NCBI RefSeq assembly: GCF_030028105.1
Contig: NC_092378.1
Span: 107,497,731-107,561,730 of the forward strand
Direction of reading: 5' to 3'
From: Mobula birostris
Taxonomy: Eukaryota
Length of the DNA stretch: 64,000 nt
The first letter of the stretch is position 1. The number at the start of each line of letters is the position of its first letter. Below, in pieces: positions 47,870 through 61,863 of this stretch. The position numbers and the translations under genes are program-made. The notes beneath the pieces were generated by a model that saw only the letters and a program-made list of their open reading frames with translations, did not search any database and was not told where the DNA came from.

Positions 47870-50800
47870 TTGACATTCCTTCTGACCTTCCGCATTCTGT
47901 TGAGGTGGAGTGTTCCGTCCTCGGCAAGACTTTAACTTTATCCTCCTCCTCCCACACCTCAGTCTGTTCCATAGTGGCCACAATGCCGAGCTCTTCTTCT
48001 GTTGTCTCTGACTCTGAGCTCACTTCTTTGGCAAGAATTCCACGGGCTACTGCAAAGGATCAAAATAAGCTCCAGAGAGTTGTAAACTTAGTCAGCTCCA
48101 TTATGGGCACTGCCCGCCCCCCCGTAGTATCTAGGACATCTTCAAGGAGGATGCCTCACCAAGGTGGCATCCATCATTTAGGACCCCATCACCCAGGTCA
48201 TAGAACATAGAATAGTACAGCACAGTACAGGCCCTTCGGCCCACAATGTTGTGCTGACCCTCAAACCCTGCCTTCCATATAAACCCCCAGCTTAAATTCC
48301 TCCACATACCTGTCTAGTAGCCTCTTAAACTTCACTAGTGTATTTGCCTCCAACACTGACTCAGGCAGTGGAATGCACCAACCACTCTCTGAGTAAAATA
48401 AACCCCTCTAATATCCCCCTTGAACTTCCCACACCTTCACTTAAAGCCATGTCCTATTGTACTGAGCAGTGGTGCCCTGGGGAAGTGGTGCTGGTTGTCC
48501 ACTCTATCTATTCCTCTTAATATCTTGTATACCTCTATCACGTCTCCTCTCATCCTCCTTCTCTCCAAAGAGTAAAGCCCTAGCTCTCTTAATCTCTGAT
48601 CATAATGCATACTGTCTAAACCAGGCAGCATATTGGTAAATCTCCTCTGTACCCTTTCCAATGCTTCCACACCTTTCCTACAGTGAGGCGACCAGAACTA
48701 GACACAGTACTCCAAGTGTGGCCTAACCAGAGTTTTATAGAGCTGTATCATTACCCCACGACTTTTAAACTCTATCCCTCGACTTATGAAAGCTAACGCT
48801 CCATAAGCTTTCTTAACTACCCTATCTACCTGTGAGGCAACTTTCAGGGATCTATGGACATGTACCCCCAGATCCCTCTGCTCCTCTGCACTTCCAAGTA
48901 TCCTGCCATTTACTTTGTACTCTGCCTTGGAGTTTGTCCTTCCAAAGTGTACCACCTCACACTTCTCTGGGTTGAACTCCATCTGCCACTTCTCATCCCA
49001 CGTCTGCATCCTATCAATGTCTCTCTGCAATCTTCGACAATCTTCTACACTACCCACAACACCACCAACCTTTGTGTCGTCTGCAAACTTGCCAACCCAC
49101 CCTTCTACACCCACAACCAGGTCGTTAATAAAATTCACAAAAAGTAGAGGTCCCAGAACCGATCCTTGTGGGACACCACTAGTCACAACCCTCCAATCTG
49201 AATGTACTCCTTCCACCACAACCCTCTGCCTTCTGCAGGCAAGCCAATTCTGAATCCACCTGGCCAAACTTCCCTGGATCCCATGCCTTTTGACTTTCTG
49301 AATAAGCCTACCGTGTGGAACCTTGTCAAATGCCTTAGTAAAATCCATGTAGATCACATCCATTCTACTACCCTCATCTATATGCCTGGTCACCTCCTCA
49401 AGAAACTGCATCAGGCTTGTTAGACATGATCTGGCCTTCACAAAGCCATGCTGACTGTTCCTGATCACACCATGATTCTCTAAATGCTCATAGATCCTAT
49501 CTAAGAATCTTTTCCAACAGCTTTCCCACCACAGACGTAAGGTTCACTGGTCTATAATTACCCGGACTATCCTTACTATCTTTTTTGAACAAGGGGATAA
49601 CATTCACCCCCTTCCAATCCTCCGGTACCATTCCCGTGGACAACAGGGACATGAAGATCCCAGCCAGAGGCTCAGCAACCTCTTCTCTCACCTCGTGGAG
49701 CAGCCTGGGGAATATTCCCTCAGGCCCCGGGGACTTATCCATCCTAATGTATTTTAACAACTCCAACACCTCCTCTCCCTTAATATCAACATGCTCCAGA
49801 ACATCAACTTCACTCATATCGTCCTCACCTTGGTAAATACCAAAGAGAAGTATTCATTGAGGACCTCATTCACTTCCACAGCTTACAGGCACATCTCCCC
49901 ACCTTTATCTCTAATTGGTCCTACCTTCACTCCTGTCATCATTTTGTTCTTCACATAATTGAGGAATGCCTTGGGGTTTTCCTTTACCCTACTCGCCAAG
50001 GCCTTCTCATGCCCCCTTCTTACTCTCCTCAGCCCCTTCTTAAGCTCCTTTCTTGCTACCCTATATTCCTCAATAGACTCATCTGATCCTTGCTTCCTAT
50101 ACCTCATGTATGCTGCCTTCTTCCACCTGACTAGATTTTCCACCTCACTAGTCACCCATGGTTCCTTCACCCTACCATTCTTTATCTTCCTCACCACGAC
50201 AAATTTATCCCGAACATCCAGCAAGAGACCACATGTCCATAGTACATTTCCCTGCAAAAACATCATCCCAATTCACACCCGCAAGTTCTAGCCTTATAGC
50301 CTCATAATTTGCTCTTCCCCAATTAAAAATTTTCCTGTCCTCTCTAATTCTATACTTTTCCATGATAATGCTAAAGGCCAGGGAGCGGTGGTTACTGTCT
50401 CCCAGAAGCTCACCCACTGAGCGATCTGTGACCTGACCCGGTTCGTTACCTAATACTAGATCTAGTATGGCATTCCCCAAGTCGGCCTGTCAACATATTG
50501 TGACAGGAATCTGTCCTGGACACACTTAACAAACTTTGTCCCATCTAAACCATTGGAACTAATCAGGTGCCAATCAATATTAGGGAAGTTAAAGTCACCC
50601 ATGATAACAACCCTGTTATTTTTGCACCTTTCCAAAAACTGCCTCCAAATCTGCTCCTTGATATCTCTGCTGCTACCAGGGGGCCTATAGAATACTCCCA
50701 ATAGAGTAACTGCTCCTTTCCTGTTCCTGACTTCTACCCATACTGACTCAAAAGAGGATCCTGCCACATTACCCACTCTTTCTGCAGCTGTAACAGCTTC

Positions 50801-52630
50801 CCTGACCAGTAATGCTACCCTCCTCCCCTTTCTCCCCCCTCTCTATCCCATTTAAAGCACTAAAATCCAGGAATATTGAGAATCAATGCCTGTCCTGGTG
50901 CCAGCCAAGACTCTGTAATAGCCACTACATCATAATTTCATGTATGTGTCCAAGCTCTCCTTTGTTCCTGATGCTTCTTGCATTGAAGTACATGAACTTT
51001 AGCCCTTCTACCTTACCACCTTTACAACCTTTATTCTGCTTCTCTTTCCTCAAAGCTTCTTTATATGTTAGATCTGGCTTTACTCCATGCACTATACTTG
51101 CAGTTCTTGAGTGACCTTTATCCTCCTCCACCTCACTATCTGCTCTAGCACTCTGGTTTCCCCTCCCCCTGCAAATCTGGTTTAAACCTTCCGGAGCAGC
51201 AGTAGCAAACCTTCCCACAGGGATATTAGTCTCCCTTCAGTTCAGGGGCAACCATGCTTGTTCAGGTTCAGGTCATGCTTGTTCTCATTGCTACGATCAG
51301 TAGGGAGGTACAGAAGCCTGAAGGTACACACTCAGTGATTCAGGAACAGCTTCTTCCCCTCTGCCATCTGATTTCTGAGTGGCCATTGAACGCATGAACA
51401 CTATTTTTTATTTCTATTTTTGCACTACTTATTTAATTTAACTACTTAATATATATACTTACTGTAATTCACATTTGTTCTAGTATTTTGCATTGAATTG
51501 TACTGCTGCCACAAAGACAACAAATCTCACGACATATGTGGGTGATATTAAAATTGATTCTGATTCTGTTCCTGCAACAATGACCCCTCCTCCTGTATCC
51601 AGCCCTCCTGCTTATCTTGGATACCCCGCTCTGGTTTTCTGCCTGCTCTGAATCTTTTCACTCCTCAATGCTCCTTGAACTGTGCCCCTATGAACACACT
51701 GCCCTCTACTCTCTCCTCACTAATCCTAACCTTACCATTAAACCTGCAGTAAAATAGGGTGCTATTGTGGTGTGGCACACTGACCCCCACCTGGCTGAGG
51801 CTAGGCGGCAACTATCAGATATTTCCTCTTACTTACCCCTTGGAAAGGACCTACTCAGGCTCACCAGGACATTGTCTCTGGCACCATCGCTAACCTCATC
51901 AACTCTAGATGACTCATGGTTCACTTATGCCGCTCTGCACATTTCTACCTCCAACCCAAGATCCACAAACCTGACTGTTTGGGTAGGCCCATTGTCTCTG
52001 CCTTCCTGTCCCACTGAACTCATGTCCACGTACCTCAACTCCATTCTCTCCCCGTTGGTTCAGTCCCTTCCTTCCTACATCCGAGACTCTTCATATGCTC
52101 TCAACCTCTTCAACAACATTCAATTCTCTGGCCTTGACCACCTCATTCTCACCATGGATGTCCAGTCCCTTTTGTAACTCTATCCCCCATCAAGAAGGCC
52201 TTAAAACTCTCTGCTTCTTTCTCAGCAAAAGACCCAACTAGTTCTGCTCCACCGCCACCCTCCTTCGCCTGGCAGAACGGATCATCATGATCAACAATTT
52301 CTCCTTTGGCTCTTCCAATTTCTCAAGACTCAGTGGCACCTTCATGGGCCTCATCCTTGTCTGCCTTTTTGTTAGCTATGTAGAACAGTCCATGTTCCAA
52401 GCCTTCCCTGGTAATGCTGTCCCACTCATCCTGCGCTATATTGACGATTATATTGGTGCTGTGTCATATACCCAATCTGAGCTCATAAATTTTGCCTTCA
52501 ACTTACTCTCCACCCTTAAATTCACTTGGTCCATTTCTAACACCCTTTCTGGATCTTTCTGACACCATCTCTAGAGACAAACTGTTTATTGACATCTTTT
52601 TGTAAACATACTCATTCCCATGACGACCTT
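47870..52630 (+). mobile_element. Penelope-like element (pieces 47870-48040 and 51570-52630) hosting a Rex1 fragment (48045-48200, 51270-51570) and a CR1
   Basis: ILTMDVQSL and LILRYIDDYIG RT motifs in ORFs 51767 and 52287. Confidence 0.75.
48202..51255 (-). mobile_element. Young CR1 LINE (ORF1 3' end + near-complete ORF2 with a few stops/frameshifts)
   Basis: ORFs 50925 (YFNARSIRNK), 50462 (FYRPP, GDFNFP), 49883, 49497, 48698 (KFADD); (ttctatg)n tail; TSD caggtcat 48194-48201 / 51269-51276; same family as 24543-25732. Confidence 0.92.
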
Positions 52631-52634
52631 GATT

Positions 52635-53060
52635 GTATGTATGCAGTCCTCCAAGAGGTCCACAAACTTGTCATAGGATTTGGAGGCTTGCATGTCCCAA
52701 TGACCCAGAGAGTTATGTTGGCTGGAGTCAGTGCTTTATGTTTTGACCGATGCTAGAGTCACCCATGCCAAACAGGTCAAAGGGCAGAAGCCAGACTAAG
52801 AGTGGTCCACGGGTCTCCAGGTTCGGGGGTTCAACTCAGGGCTAACAACTCTGACTGGTAAAATAAAACTGTTATGGAAACAGCAATGAAAAGTCCTTCT
52901 ACATCTGAATACAATGGTATTCCTGAGACTTCACCTGGAACTTGCATGAGTGACAGTAGTAAAAACCGAGCTACTGACACGATGAAGGATGCCCTGAACA
53001 CCGCTAGAGATGGAGGACCTTCATTACTGCCATAAACGCCAGTAGTGTAACAGGCTATGC
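52635..53060 (+). mobile_element. RTE-related non-autonomous element
   Basis: RTE-type 5' region (catgccaaacaggtcaaaggg...ccagactaagag) joined to an RTE-like 3' end (agatggaggaccttcattactgcc) that recurs at ~59356. Confidence 0.5.
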
Positions 53061-53107
53061 TATGTATACTCTCCATGATACTTTTTAAGGTAGCTACTGT
53101 ATCTAAT

Positions 53108-53481
53108 ATAGTGGCCACTTGGCATATTTTTGTGGTCTCCGCTGCTTTTGCCTAACCACCTCAAGGTTCCACAAGTAGTGCACTCAAAAATGGTCTTCTG
53201 CCGATCAATCTTGTAGCATGTGGTTATTTGAATTACTGTCGCCTTCCTGTCAGCTTGAGACAGTCTGGCCATTCTCCACTGACCTCTCCCATTAAGAAGG
53301 TGTTTTTGCCAACAGAACTACTGCTTAGTGGACGTTTTTGTTTCGTGCACCACGCTCACACTCGTGACCAGCGTCGAAACTCTTGACCATATCTGCATGT
53401 TTTTATGCATTGAGTTGCTGAAACATGACTGGCTGATTAGCAGGTGTACAGGTGTGCCTAATCAAGTGGGCACTGAGAGTA
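53108..53481 (-). mobile_element. Tc1-like non-autonomous transposon
   Basis: ARLSQADRKATVIQIT (Tc1 HTH remnant); ends agtggccact ... aagtgggcactgagagTA. Confidence 0.65.
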
Positions 53482-54152
53482 GGCCACTGTTAACTACCTG
53501 TACAGTGACATTCATTTTCTTACTGGCATTCATAGTAGAACAAATAAATGCAATCAAATCAATGAAAAACCACCCACAAACAAAGTCTGACAACCAAAGG
53601 GCAAAAGAAGACAAACTGAGCAAATACAATAAATGAATAAATAGTATTGAGAATTTGAGTCCTTGAAAGTGAGTACACAGGTTGTGGAATCGGTTCAGTG
53701 TTGAGATGAGTAAAGTTATCCAAATTGATTCAGGAGTCTGATGGATCAAGAATAATAACTGTTCATGAACTTGGTGATGTGTGACTTGAGGATCCTGTAC
53801 ATCCTTCCTGGTAACAGTGAGAAGCCAGCATGGCCTACTGATATGAAATTCCATTATCATATTTAGTGGGTTACTGTCAATACTGAATGAAATAGCTCAG
53901 TAAAGAATTCAGTTGACCACAGTTGCTACAACACATTGGTTACCGAACACAATTATCACACCATCTCCCTAAAGACAAGGTTTTCCTGACACTTTCATCC
54001 AGATCAATAATGAGAATAATAAAGGAACATCAATTTCCATCTCAGGGCCGAAACACTGAGAGATAGTGATTCAAACTGATTCATCCACAAACATTTTGAC
54101 TTCTGAACACATTTCATCAGTTTAATAACTTTTAGCTTTAGACATTATTCTT

Positions 54153-54829
54153 TTATATATATATATATATATATATAATTTTTATTGTTTTCGAAGTGAA
54201 TACATGGGAAAATAATATCTACCCTCCCCCCTCCCCTTAACCCTCCCCCCCCGCAATATATACTCCTGCCTAAAGAGAAAAGAAAAAAAAGAACCACCTG
54301 AATATTGGAAGGTTTGCACATGCTCCATGGGATTAAAAATAAATTTTATATATATTTGTTACTTTCCCCAAGGAACCAAGATCTTTACCATCGGAGCTGT
54401 AAATAAGGGCTCCAGATATTCAAAAATGTTTCATGTTTATCTCTTAAAATCTAAAACATTACTTAGCTTCTCAACTCTCATAGTTCCCTGGGGAATCTCT
54501 TTGAACCTCACCATGTTGCTATGTGTTTCCCTCCCAATCATCCAGGCAAAAAGAAAAAAAGATAGATAAGATACAAAAAAAGAAAAAACAAAATACGCCC
54601 CCACTAATGTTGTGAATGAAAAGATGCACAACACTACTCCCCCTCCATTTTGCAGGTCGTGGCTATTACCACGCTTGCACACATGAATAACATAGCGATT
54701 GGTCAGTATTTCTTTCAGCTCCCCCGCAACAAAAAATTGTATATATATAAAAAAATATAATGTCATTATTCCCAGCTAGTATTCCTCAAATTTTAACCTT
54801 TCTTCCCCTCCCTCATATAATTAATAATG

Positions 54830-54862
<33 letters not shown>

Positions 54863-56163
54863 GTATTTATATTTTTATCCACCTAAAAATCCAACAGGCC
54901 TAATCCTTGATCCAGTCTTCATCTTCAACCCATCTCGCTCCCCTGGGTTTGTTCTTGTATCTGGTGAATATTCAAAGAATCTTGCACAAGCCCCTCCGCT
55001 TTCCGGTAATCATCAAAAAATCTTTTTTCTCCACCAGCCAAAAAAATCTTCAAGGTTGCAGGATAACACAATGTAAATTGATAACCATGATCCCATAGGG
55101 CTTTTTTCACTGGATTAAATTTCTTCCTTCTTTTCAAAAGTTCATAACTTATGTCAGGGTAGAAAAGAATTTTCTTCCCTTCTACCATCAGTGGCCCTTT
55201 TCTCTTCTTGGCAGCTTGGGCAGCCGCCTGTAGAATCCTTTCTTTGTCTTGAAATCTTAAGAAATTTATTAAAATTGATCATGGATATTGGTCATCTTGT
55301 GGTTTTGGTCTTACAGCTCTATGTACCCGTTCAATTTCAATTGATTGGTCTTCCTCTTTCATTTGCAAGGTTTTCGGGATCCATCTTTGAAAAATTTCTA
55401 TTGGATTATCTCCCACTATACCTTCTTTAAGACCAACAATTTTAATATTATTACGTCTACTAAAATTTTCCAACACGTCCACTTTCTCCAAGAGTCGATT
55501 TCTTTCCGTGTTCCAGACAAGCACATCATTTTCTGTTTTTTTCACTCTATCGTTAATATGCTCCATTGTTCTTTCCATCTTCTGAAGTTTCTTATCCATT
55601 TTATCTCGTTTTTTCATAGCTTTATCATAGCACATCTTCATGTCTCTAAGCTCTGTTAATTTTCTTAGTTCAGCCGTTAATTGCAATAAAGCCTCTCTTA
55701 TGTCTCTGTCGTCTCCTTTACTTCCAGTCACTTCCAGTTCTTCCTCCTCTTCTTCATCTGTATTCTCTGCGGTATCCAATTCTGACTCTGAGTCACTTTC
55801 AGTTGCAGTGGTCATCGGTTCTTGTAGTTTAAGTTGTGTCAATTTGCGCATGCGCATTTCCGGCATCTTCTTCCAAGAGACCGCTACCGCCGCCTTTGCT
55901 CGCTGTTCTTCTACGCCAGAGATAAAATGCGTCCCCTCTGAAGGAGATCCAACCTGAATCCGAGGCTCCATCGCTGCAGTAGGCCCTTTTTTCTTCCCAT
56001 CTCACGGCGACTTCACAAAAACAGACTTCTTCTGTTGCGGTTTACGAGACATATCGTAGAGTAGTCTTACGAAGTTTATAAGTAGTTTTCGGAACTTGGC
56101 TGATTTTTTACGGGAGAGCTGGATTTACACGTCTCAATCCCACGTCATCACGTGACGCTCCCC
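54153..56163 (-). mobile_element. L1-clade ORF1-only (HAL1-like / internally deleted) retroelement with 14-bp TSD
   Basis: TSD tagacattattctt 54139-54152 / 56164-56177; single ORF1 frame 56052..54925 (LENFSRRNNIKIVGLKE, EIERVHR, ILFYPDIS) with two in-frame TGA; AATAAA + (TA)n tail. Confidence 0.88.
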
Positions 56164-56959
56164 TAGACATTATTCTTAAAATGTTTTATGCATTATAAAG
56201 TTAGAACACAATCTTGATAAGCAAGTACTAAGCATTCCTTCAAAGCTGATAGTTTGTAGTAACCTGCATTAATTTTTCTGAGCAGATAATTGTGATACAA
56301 GAGTCTGCAGATGCTGGAATCTGGAAGAACAAAAAATCTGCTGGAGGAACTCAAGAGAACAAGCAGCATCTGTGGGGGAGGGAACTATTAATGTTTCAGT
56401 TGAAAACCCTGCACCAGGATTATAGTATTTTGGATACTCATTGCTTTATTTTCTGATCATATTGAGCCCTTCGAATGACATCTCCTGCTGTTAGGATTCT
56501 CCAAGGTTTGGCATTGAACTTGACCATCAACCAATAATAAGCAATACCTTTTTTCTGTCCTTCTTGAAAGCACTTTCTGAGGTAAATCAACTTGCTTGTC
56601 TGGATTGACTTCTGTCAGTGGCACATTCATCAAACATTGCATGGGGGCATGCTATTGAGAGAGGGAGACTTCTTGAATACTCTTGGGATAATTGAATTTT
56701 ACTCCCCAGTGCTGTACTGTGCTCATTCCTTCAGATCTTGTCCCATTCTCCACATGTGGCACCAAACCTCTCACCAAAAAATAGATGACAGAAACACCCT
56801 GCAGTCAAGCAGTATCTGTGCAAAAAGAAACAGAGTTAACTTTCCATGTCAAAGACCCATCATCAGAACTGGGAAAGACAGAAATGAGTGAGTCGAGGTA
56901 GTGGAGAAGGTGGAAGAAGATGATGTCTGGAACAAGGGGAATTTCTCTGATGGGGTGAA

Positions 56960-59900
56960 ATAGAACATAGAACACTGAACATCGTACAGTTCAGCACAGT
57001 AAAGGCTCTTTTACTAATGATGTTGTGTCGACCCTTTATCCGACTCTATCCTTTCCCTCCCAGACAACCCTCCATTTTTCCTTCCTTCATGTGCATATCT
57101 AACAGTTTCTGGCTCTACCACTACTCTGGCAGTGGATTTTGTGCATTTAATATTCTCTGTGTATAAACATCTGCCTCTGACTTCCCCTTAGACAGCAGGG
57201 TTCAAACACCCATCAACCTCTGTGTAAAAACACCAGCCTCTGACATCCCCTTAGACAGAAGGGTTCAAACACCCATCACTCTCTGTGTAAAAAACACCAG
57301 CCTCTGACATCCCCTTAGACAACAGGGTTCAAACACCCACCACTCTCTGTGTAAAAACACTGGCCTCTGACATCCTCTTAGACTTTCCTCTCAACACCTT
57401 AAAATTATGTCTCCTTGTAAAAGAGACGAAGAAAAAACTGTCCATGCACTCAATCTATGCCTCTTATCATCTTGTATGTCTTTATCTAGTCACCTCTCAT
57501 TCTCTTTCTTTACAAAGAGAAAGGCCATAGCTCACTCAACCTATCCTTTTAATGCTTATACTGCAAATGTGAAGGATCTACGGATGTGAACCAAAAGATC
57601 CCTCTGTTCCACTTCACTATTAAGAATCCTGCACCAACCTTGTATTCTGCCTTCAAGTTTGACATTCCAAAGTAAATTACTTCACACTTTCCCAGATTGA
57701 ACTCCATTAACCATTTCTCAGGTCAGCTCTGCATCCTATCAATGTCCTACTGTAACCTATGACAACCTTCTTCTCTATCCACAACACTGCCAAACTTCCT
57801 GTTGTGTGGAAACTTACTAACCACCCTTCTACTGACTCATCCATCATTATAAAATTCATAAAGAGAAGGGATCCTAGAAGAAATCCCTATGGGATACCAC
57901 TGGCCACTAACCTCCAGGCAGGATATGTTCCATCTACTACCAACCTCTGCTTTCTGTGGACAAGTTAATTCTGGATCCACCCAGTTAAATTTTCCTGATC
58001 CTTGACTCCTTTCTAAATGTGCCTACCATGGTGAACATTGTCAAATACCTTACCAAAGTCTATATACACCAAATCCACTTCTCTGTTCTCATAGATTTGT
58101 TTTGTAATATCCTCAAAGAATCCAATCAGAACTGTGAGGCAAGACCTATCCCTTACAAAGTCATATTGCTTATTCCTAATCAGACTATGCTTCTCTACAT
58201 GGTTGTCGATTGTGTCTCTAAGAATGCTTTCCAATATTTTACCCACCACTGATGTAAAGCTCACTGGTGTATAACTCCCAGCATTATCCCTATTACATTT
58301 GCCACCCTCTGGTACTATTCCTGTGGCGAATGAGGATGTAAACATCATTGTCAGATGTGTAACAATCTCTTCCCTCATTTCTCATAATAACTTGGGGTAT
58401 ATCCTGTCCAAGCCTGGGGACTTACCTATCCTAAAGTTTTCCAAAAGTTCTAGTGGATCCTCTTTCTTAATGTCAACATGTTTTAGTTTATCAGCTTGTC
58501 CTAAGCTGACCTCTCTTTGCTCAAGTTTTTCTTCTCGCTTGTGATTACTGAAGCAAAAGATTCGTTAAGTAGCTCCACTACCTCCTCCAACTCGGGACAT
58601 GTTTCCTCTTTTGTCCCTGATCAGTCCAGTCTTCATGTTTGTGCCTAATAGCATCATAACTCCCCCTTCACAATTTTACAATTTCATCTAAAGTCCACTC
58701 CGATCCATGTCAGAGGTTATGGTAAAGGTCAGGGAGTTGTGGTCACTGTCTTCACAATGTTCACCTGCCAAGAGATCTGTCTCCTCTCCTGGTTTAACGT
58801 CTTGTACCAGATCCAATTTTCAGATCAAGGAGCATCATATGGGGATCAACCAAGTTCACACCAAGGTGTTGTAATCTAATCATAATCAAGAGAAAATCTG
58901 CAGATGCTGGAAATCCTGCTGAAGGGTCTCAGCCCAAAACATTGATTGTAAATTTTTCCATAGAGGCTGCCTTGCCTGCTGAGTTCCTCCAGCATTTTGT
59001 GTGTGTTCCAAGAGCTGTGTTCTGTCCACACTCTAGTATGGATCAGAGTGACCTTGTCAAGCTGTTGTCATTCCACACTAGGAGCCTCAGGAAGACTCTC
59101 TGTATTTTTTGGCAAAGAAAGATCTCCAACCAAGCCCAACTCCTGCAGTGTCATCATGAAGAAACACTGGTGATGGACTGGGCATGTGATGAGAAGAAAG
59201 GCCATCTCCATCATCAAGATGGCATGTTATTGGACCCCTGAAGAGTGGAGGAAATACGGGAGACCAAAGATAAATTGGTGCTGTGATGTAGAGGCTGAAA
59301 TGAGGCCCTGAATCACACCTGGAGCTCAACAGAGAAGTTGGCCAAAGATAGACAGAGATGGAGGATCTTCATTACTGCCCCCTAAATGCCAGCAACGTAA
59401 TGAGCAGTAAGTTAAGTACCTGATCCAGTAAGGGCTTTCCTCTAGTTGACCTTACTCCATACCGAGTCAGGAATCCTTCCTGAGCATACCTAACAAATTC
59501 TGCCTCATCTAAACGTTTTGCTCTACGGAGATGTCAATCAATATAAGGGACGCTGAAGCCACTGATGACAACAAAGATGCTGTACTTACATTTTTTCAAA
59601 ATCTGCCACCTGATCTGATCCACAGTGTCTCTGTTGCTATGAGGGGAGTCCATAGAATACCACCAATAGTGTAGTTGTTTCCTTACTGTTTTCACTTCCA
59701 ACCACAGACTCAGAAGTTGATTTCTTCAGGAGATCTGCATTGTTATACTATCCCTGATTAGCAATGCCATTCCTCCCTCCCTGTCTCTTTTGAAACATCT
59801 AAACCCCAGAACATCCTCCAACCATTCCTGCTCTTGTGACAGCCAATTGTCATGCTATAAGTGAAGCACAACCATATCCAGTGAGGATCCATGTAATGGA

Positions 59901-60110
59901 ACTGTATCCAGTTAGGATCAGTGATGTAACCACTATAAGTTCATCACCCTTGTTCCTGTTAATATCATTACAACAGATACCTTTCAACCCATCCAACAAT
60001 CCTGCAAATATGCCCATTCCACCACCTATCCTGCCTCGCAGTCTCTCTACAGGCTGCATTTACCTTTACAACAATGGCCCCATTCTCTGACCTATCACTC
60101 TGGTTCCCAT
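56960..60110 (-). mobile_element. Degraded CR1 LINE with nested RTE/Penelope fragments (~58810-59415)
   Basis: ORF 58013 VSFTSVVGKILESILRD...VDLVYIDFGKVFDNV; atagaac tail at ~56960. Confidence 0.75.
57153..57384. repeat. ~63-bp tandem repeat, ~3.5 copies, inside the CR1 3' region
   Basis: cctctgacatccccttagac...gggttcaaacaccc...ctctgtgtaaaaacaccag starting at 57174, 57237, 57301, 57364. Confidence 0.85.
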
Positions 60111-60410
60111 CTGAATCAGAATCAGGTTTAATATCGCTGACATATGTCGTGAAATTTGTTGTTTTGTGGCAGTAATAATAACAAAAAATATAATTAAAAG
60201 AGGCATACATAAAACATAAATTAAGTTATTAGTGAAAAAAGAAGGAAAAATTGTGAGGTAGTGTTCATGTTTGTGAGTCATTGTCCATTCAGAAATCAGA
60301 AGGGGCGGTGGGGAAGAAATTGTTCCTGAAAACTTGAGTGTGTGTCTTCAGGCTCCTGTACCTTCTCCTTGATGGCAGCAAAGAGAAGAGGGCATGTCCT
60401 AGGTAATGGA
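60110..60410 (-). mobile_element. Rex1/Babar 3' end
   Basis: (gattct)n tail; gggaagaaattgttcctg...cttcaggctcctgtaccttctcc. Confidence 0.7.
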
Positions 60411-61720
60411 GGTATATATTATGAGACAGTATAAATATGATGAACTAAAATGGCTTCCTATTTCCTCCTGGAAGTATTTATGATAAAAAAAGGTGTAAGG
60501 GGATTTCGATTTTTATGTTACTGCTGAGGGCTACAAAGGTAAATATGAGGAACATGTTTTTGAGCTTGCCTGCAGGAAATACAGAGAAAGTCAATGGTTG
60601 ATATCAGTTTTTATGGAATCCTGATATACAACCAGCCTTGGTTGTACATGGTCCACTTGGATCCAAATATTGTATAAGCCTCTCACTTTAGCCCAGTCCT
60701 TATCATCAGCCAGAATGTCCACCAAACCCCACTTTCCAGATTATTGCCCCACCGTCTTTGCCATCTCTGTGAAGAGTTACCAAATGGTTTGCAGGTTTGT
60801 GAGGTTTGATTATAAGACAGGTAATATTTTGCAATACTAATTTAATCTTTATATATACTTCTTATAGTAATTTATAGTACATTTTATGTATTGCACTGTA
60901 CTGCTGCTACGTAACAACAAATTTCACGACATGTGCAGTGATAATAAACTTAATTCTGATTCTGATTCTGAAATTCTAAAGCCCTAATGCACTACAAATG
61001 GGAGAAGTGGCTGATATTTGCTGCAGCTGAACAGAATGATTTGCAGGCGAAAATATTAAAAACCACTATAAAAGTGAAAATCAAAGTGATGAACTTAAAC
61101 CTGTGAGGCTGCAGCCCTACTTGCTGTGAATCTCAGACAGAAACTCATGGGAAAACATTACTCTTTGAGTGTATTGTACCTGCTGTGACTGTGATCCAAG
61201 TCACCGGAGAGGCACTCAAGCTGATGATATCAAAGTCATTACTCAGTCCAATAAACAGCATTCTCCTGGAGAAACACACACAAAATTCTGGAGGAGCTCA
61301 GCAGGTCAGGCAGCATCTTTGGAAAATAATAAACAGTCAACATTTTGGGTCCAGAATATTCAGCACAAACATGAAGCAAGTAAATGGTCATTATTGATCA
61401 GCAATCTGCAGAGGCAGCTGATGATAATGCTGCCCATCGTGATTCACTTTCTTCTCCTCTGCAAATGAGAGGAAGATGTGCTTGTGAACATACTAGCTGG
61501 GTAATTTGTTAACATCTTGGTGGGTATATACAAAAAGCTGTGAAATATGGGTTTAGAACTAGGGTCAGAGTAAAAATAAAGTAAGGGTATCATGATGCAA
61601 AAGTTAAATAATAACCATTATAGGTAGAGATTACTGGCCAAGTGTAATTGTAGAAGCATAACATAGAGCAGTGTGCAAGAGATGAAGTGACTGGAAAATG
61701 ACTTAAAACACTTTCTTAGT

Positions 61721-61863
61721 ACTAATCCGACTACCTGTAATCTGGTTCCTTCGATAATCAGGCACTGATTATGCTTAATGTGATCCTTCTGTAATTCAGC
61801 ATTTTTACTAATCTGGCACTCCTCGGGTCCCAATGGTACCGGATTAGTGAAGGTCGACCTGTA
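61721..61863. mobile_element. MITE-like relic (Tc1/pogo type)
   Basis: actaatccg ... cggattagtgaaggtcgacctg|TA inverted ends; absent at the paralogous site ~23450. Confidence 0.5.

Noticed and set aside
55279-55971. L1TD1-like host gene
   Set aside because: Part of a TSD-flanked L1-type insertion with in-frame stops
57153-57384. CRISPR-like array
   Set aside because: Whole-unit tandem repeat derived from CR1 sequence, no spacers
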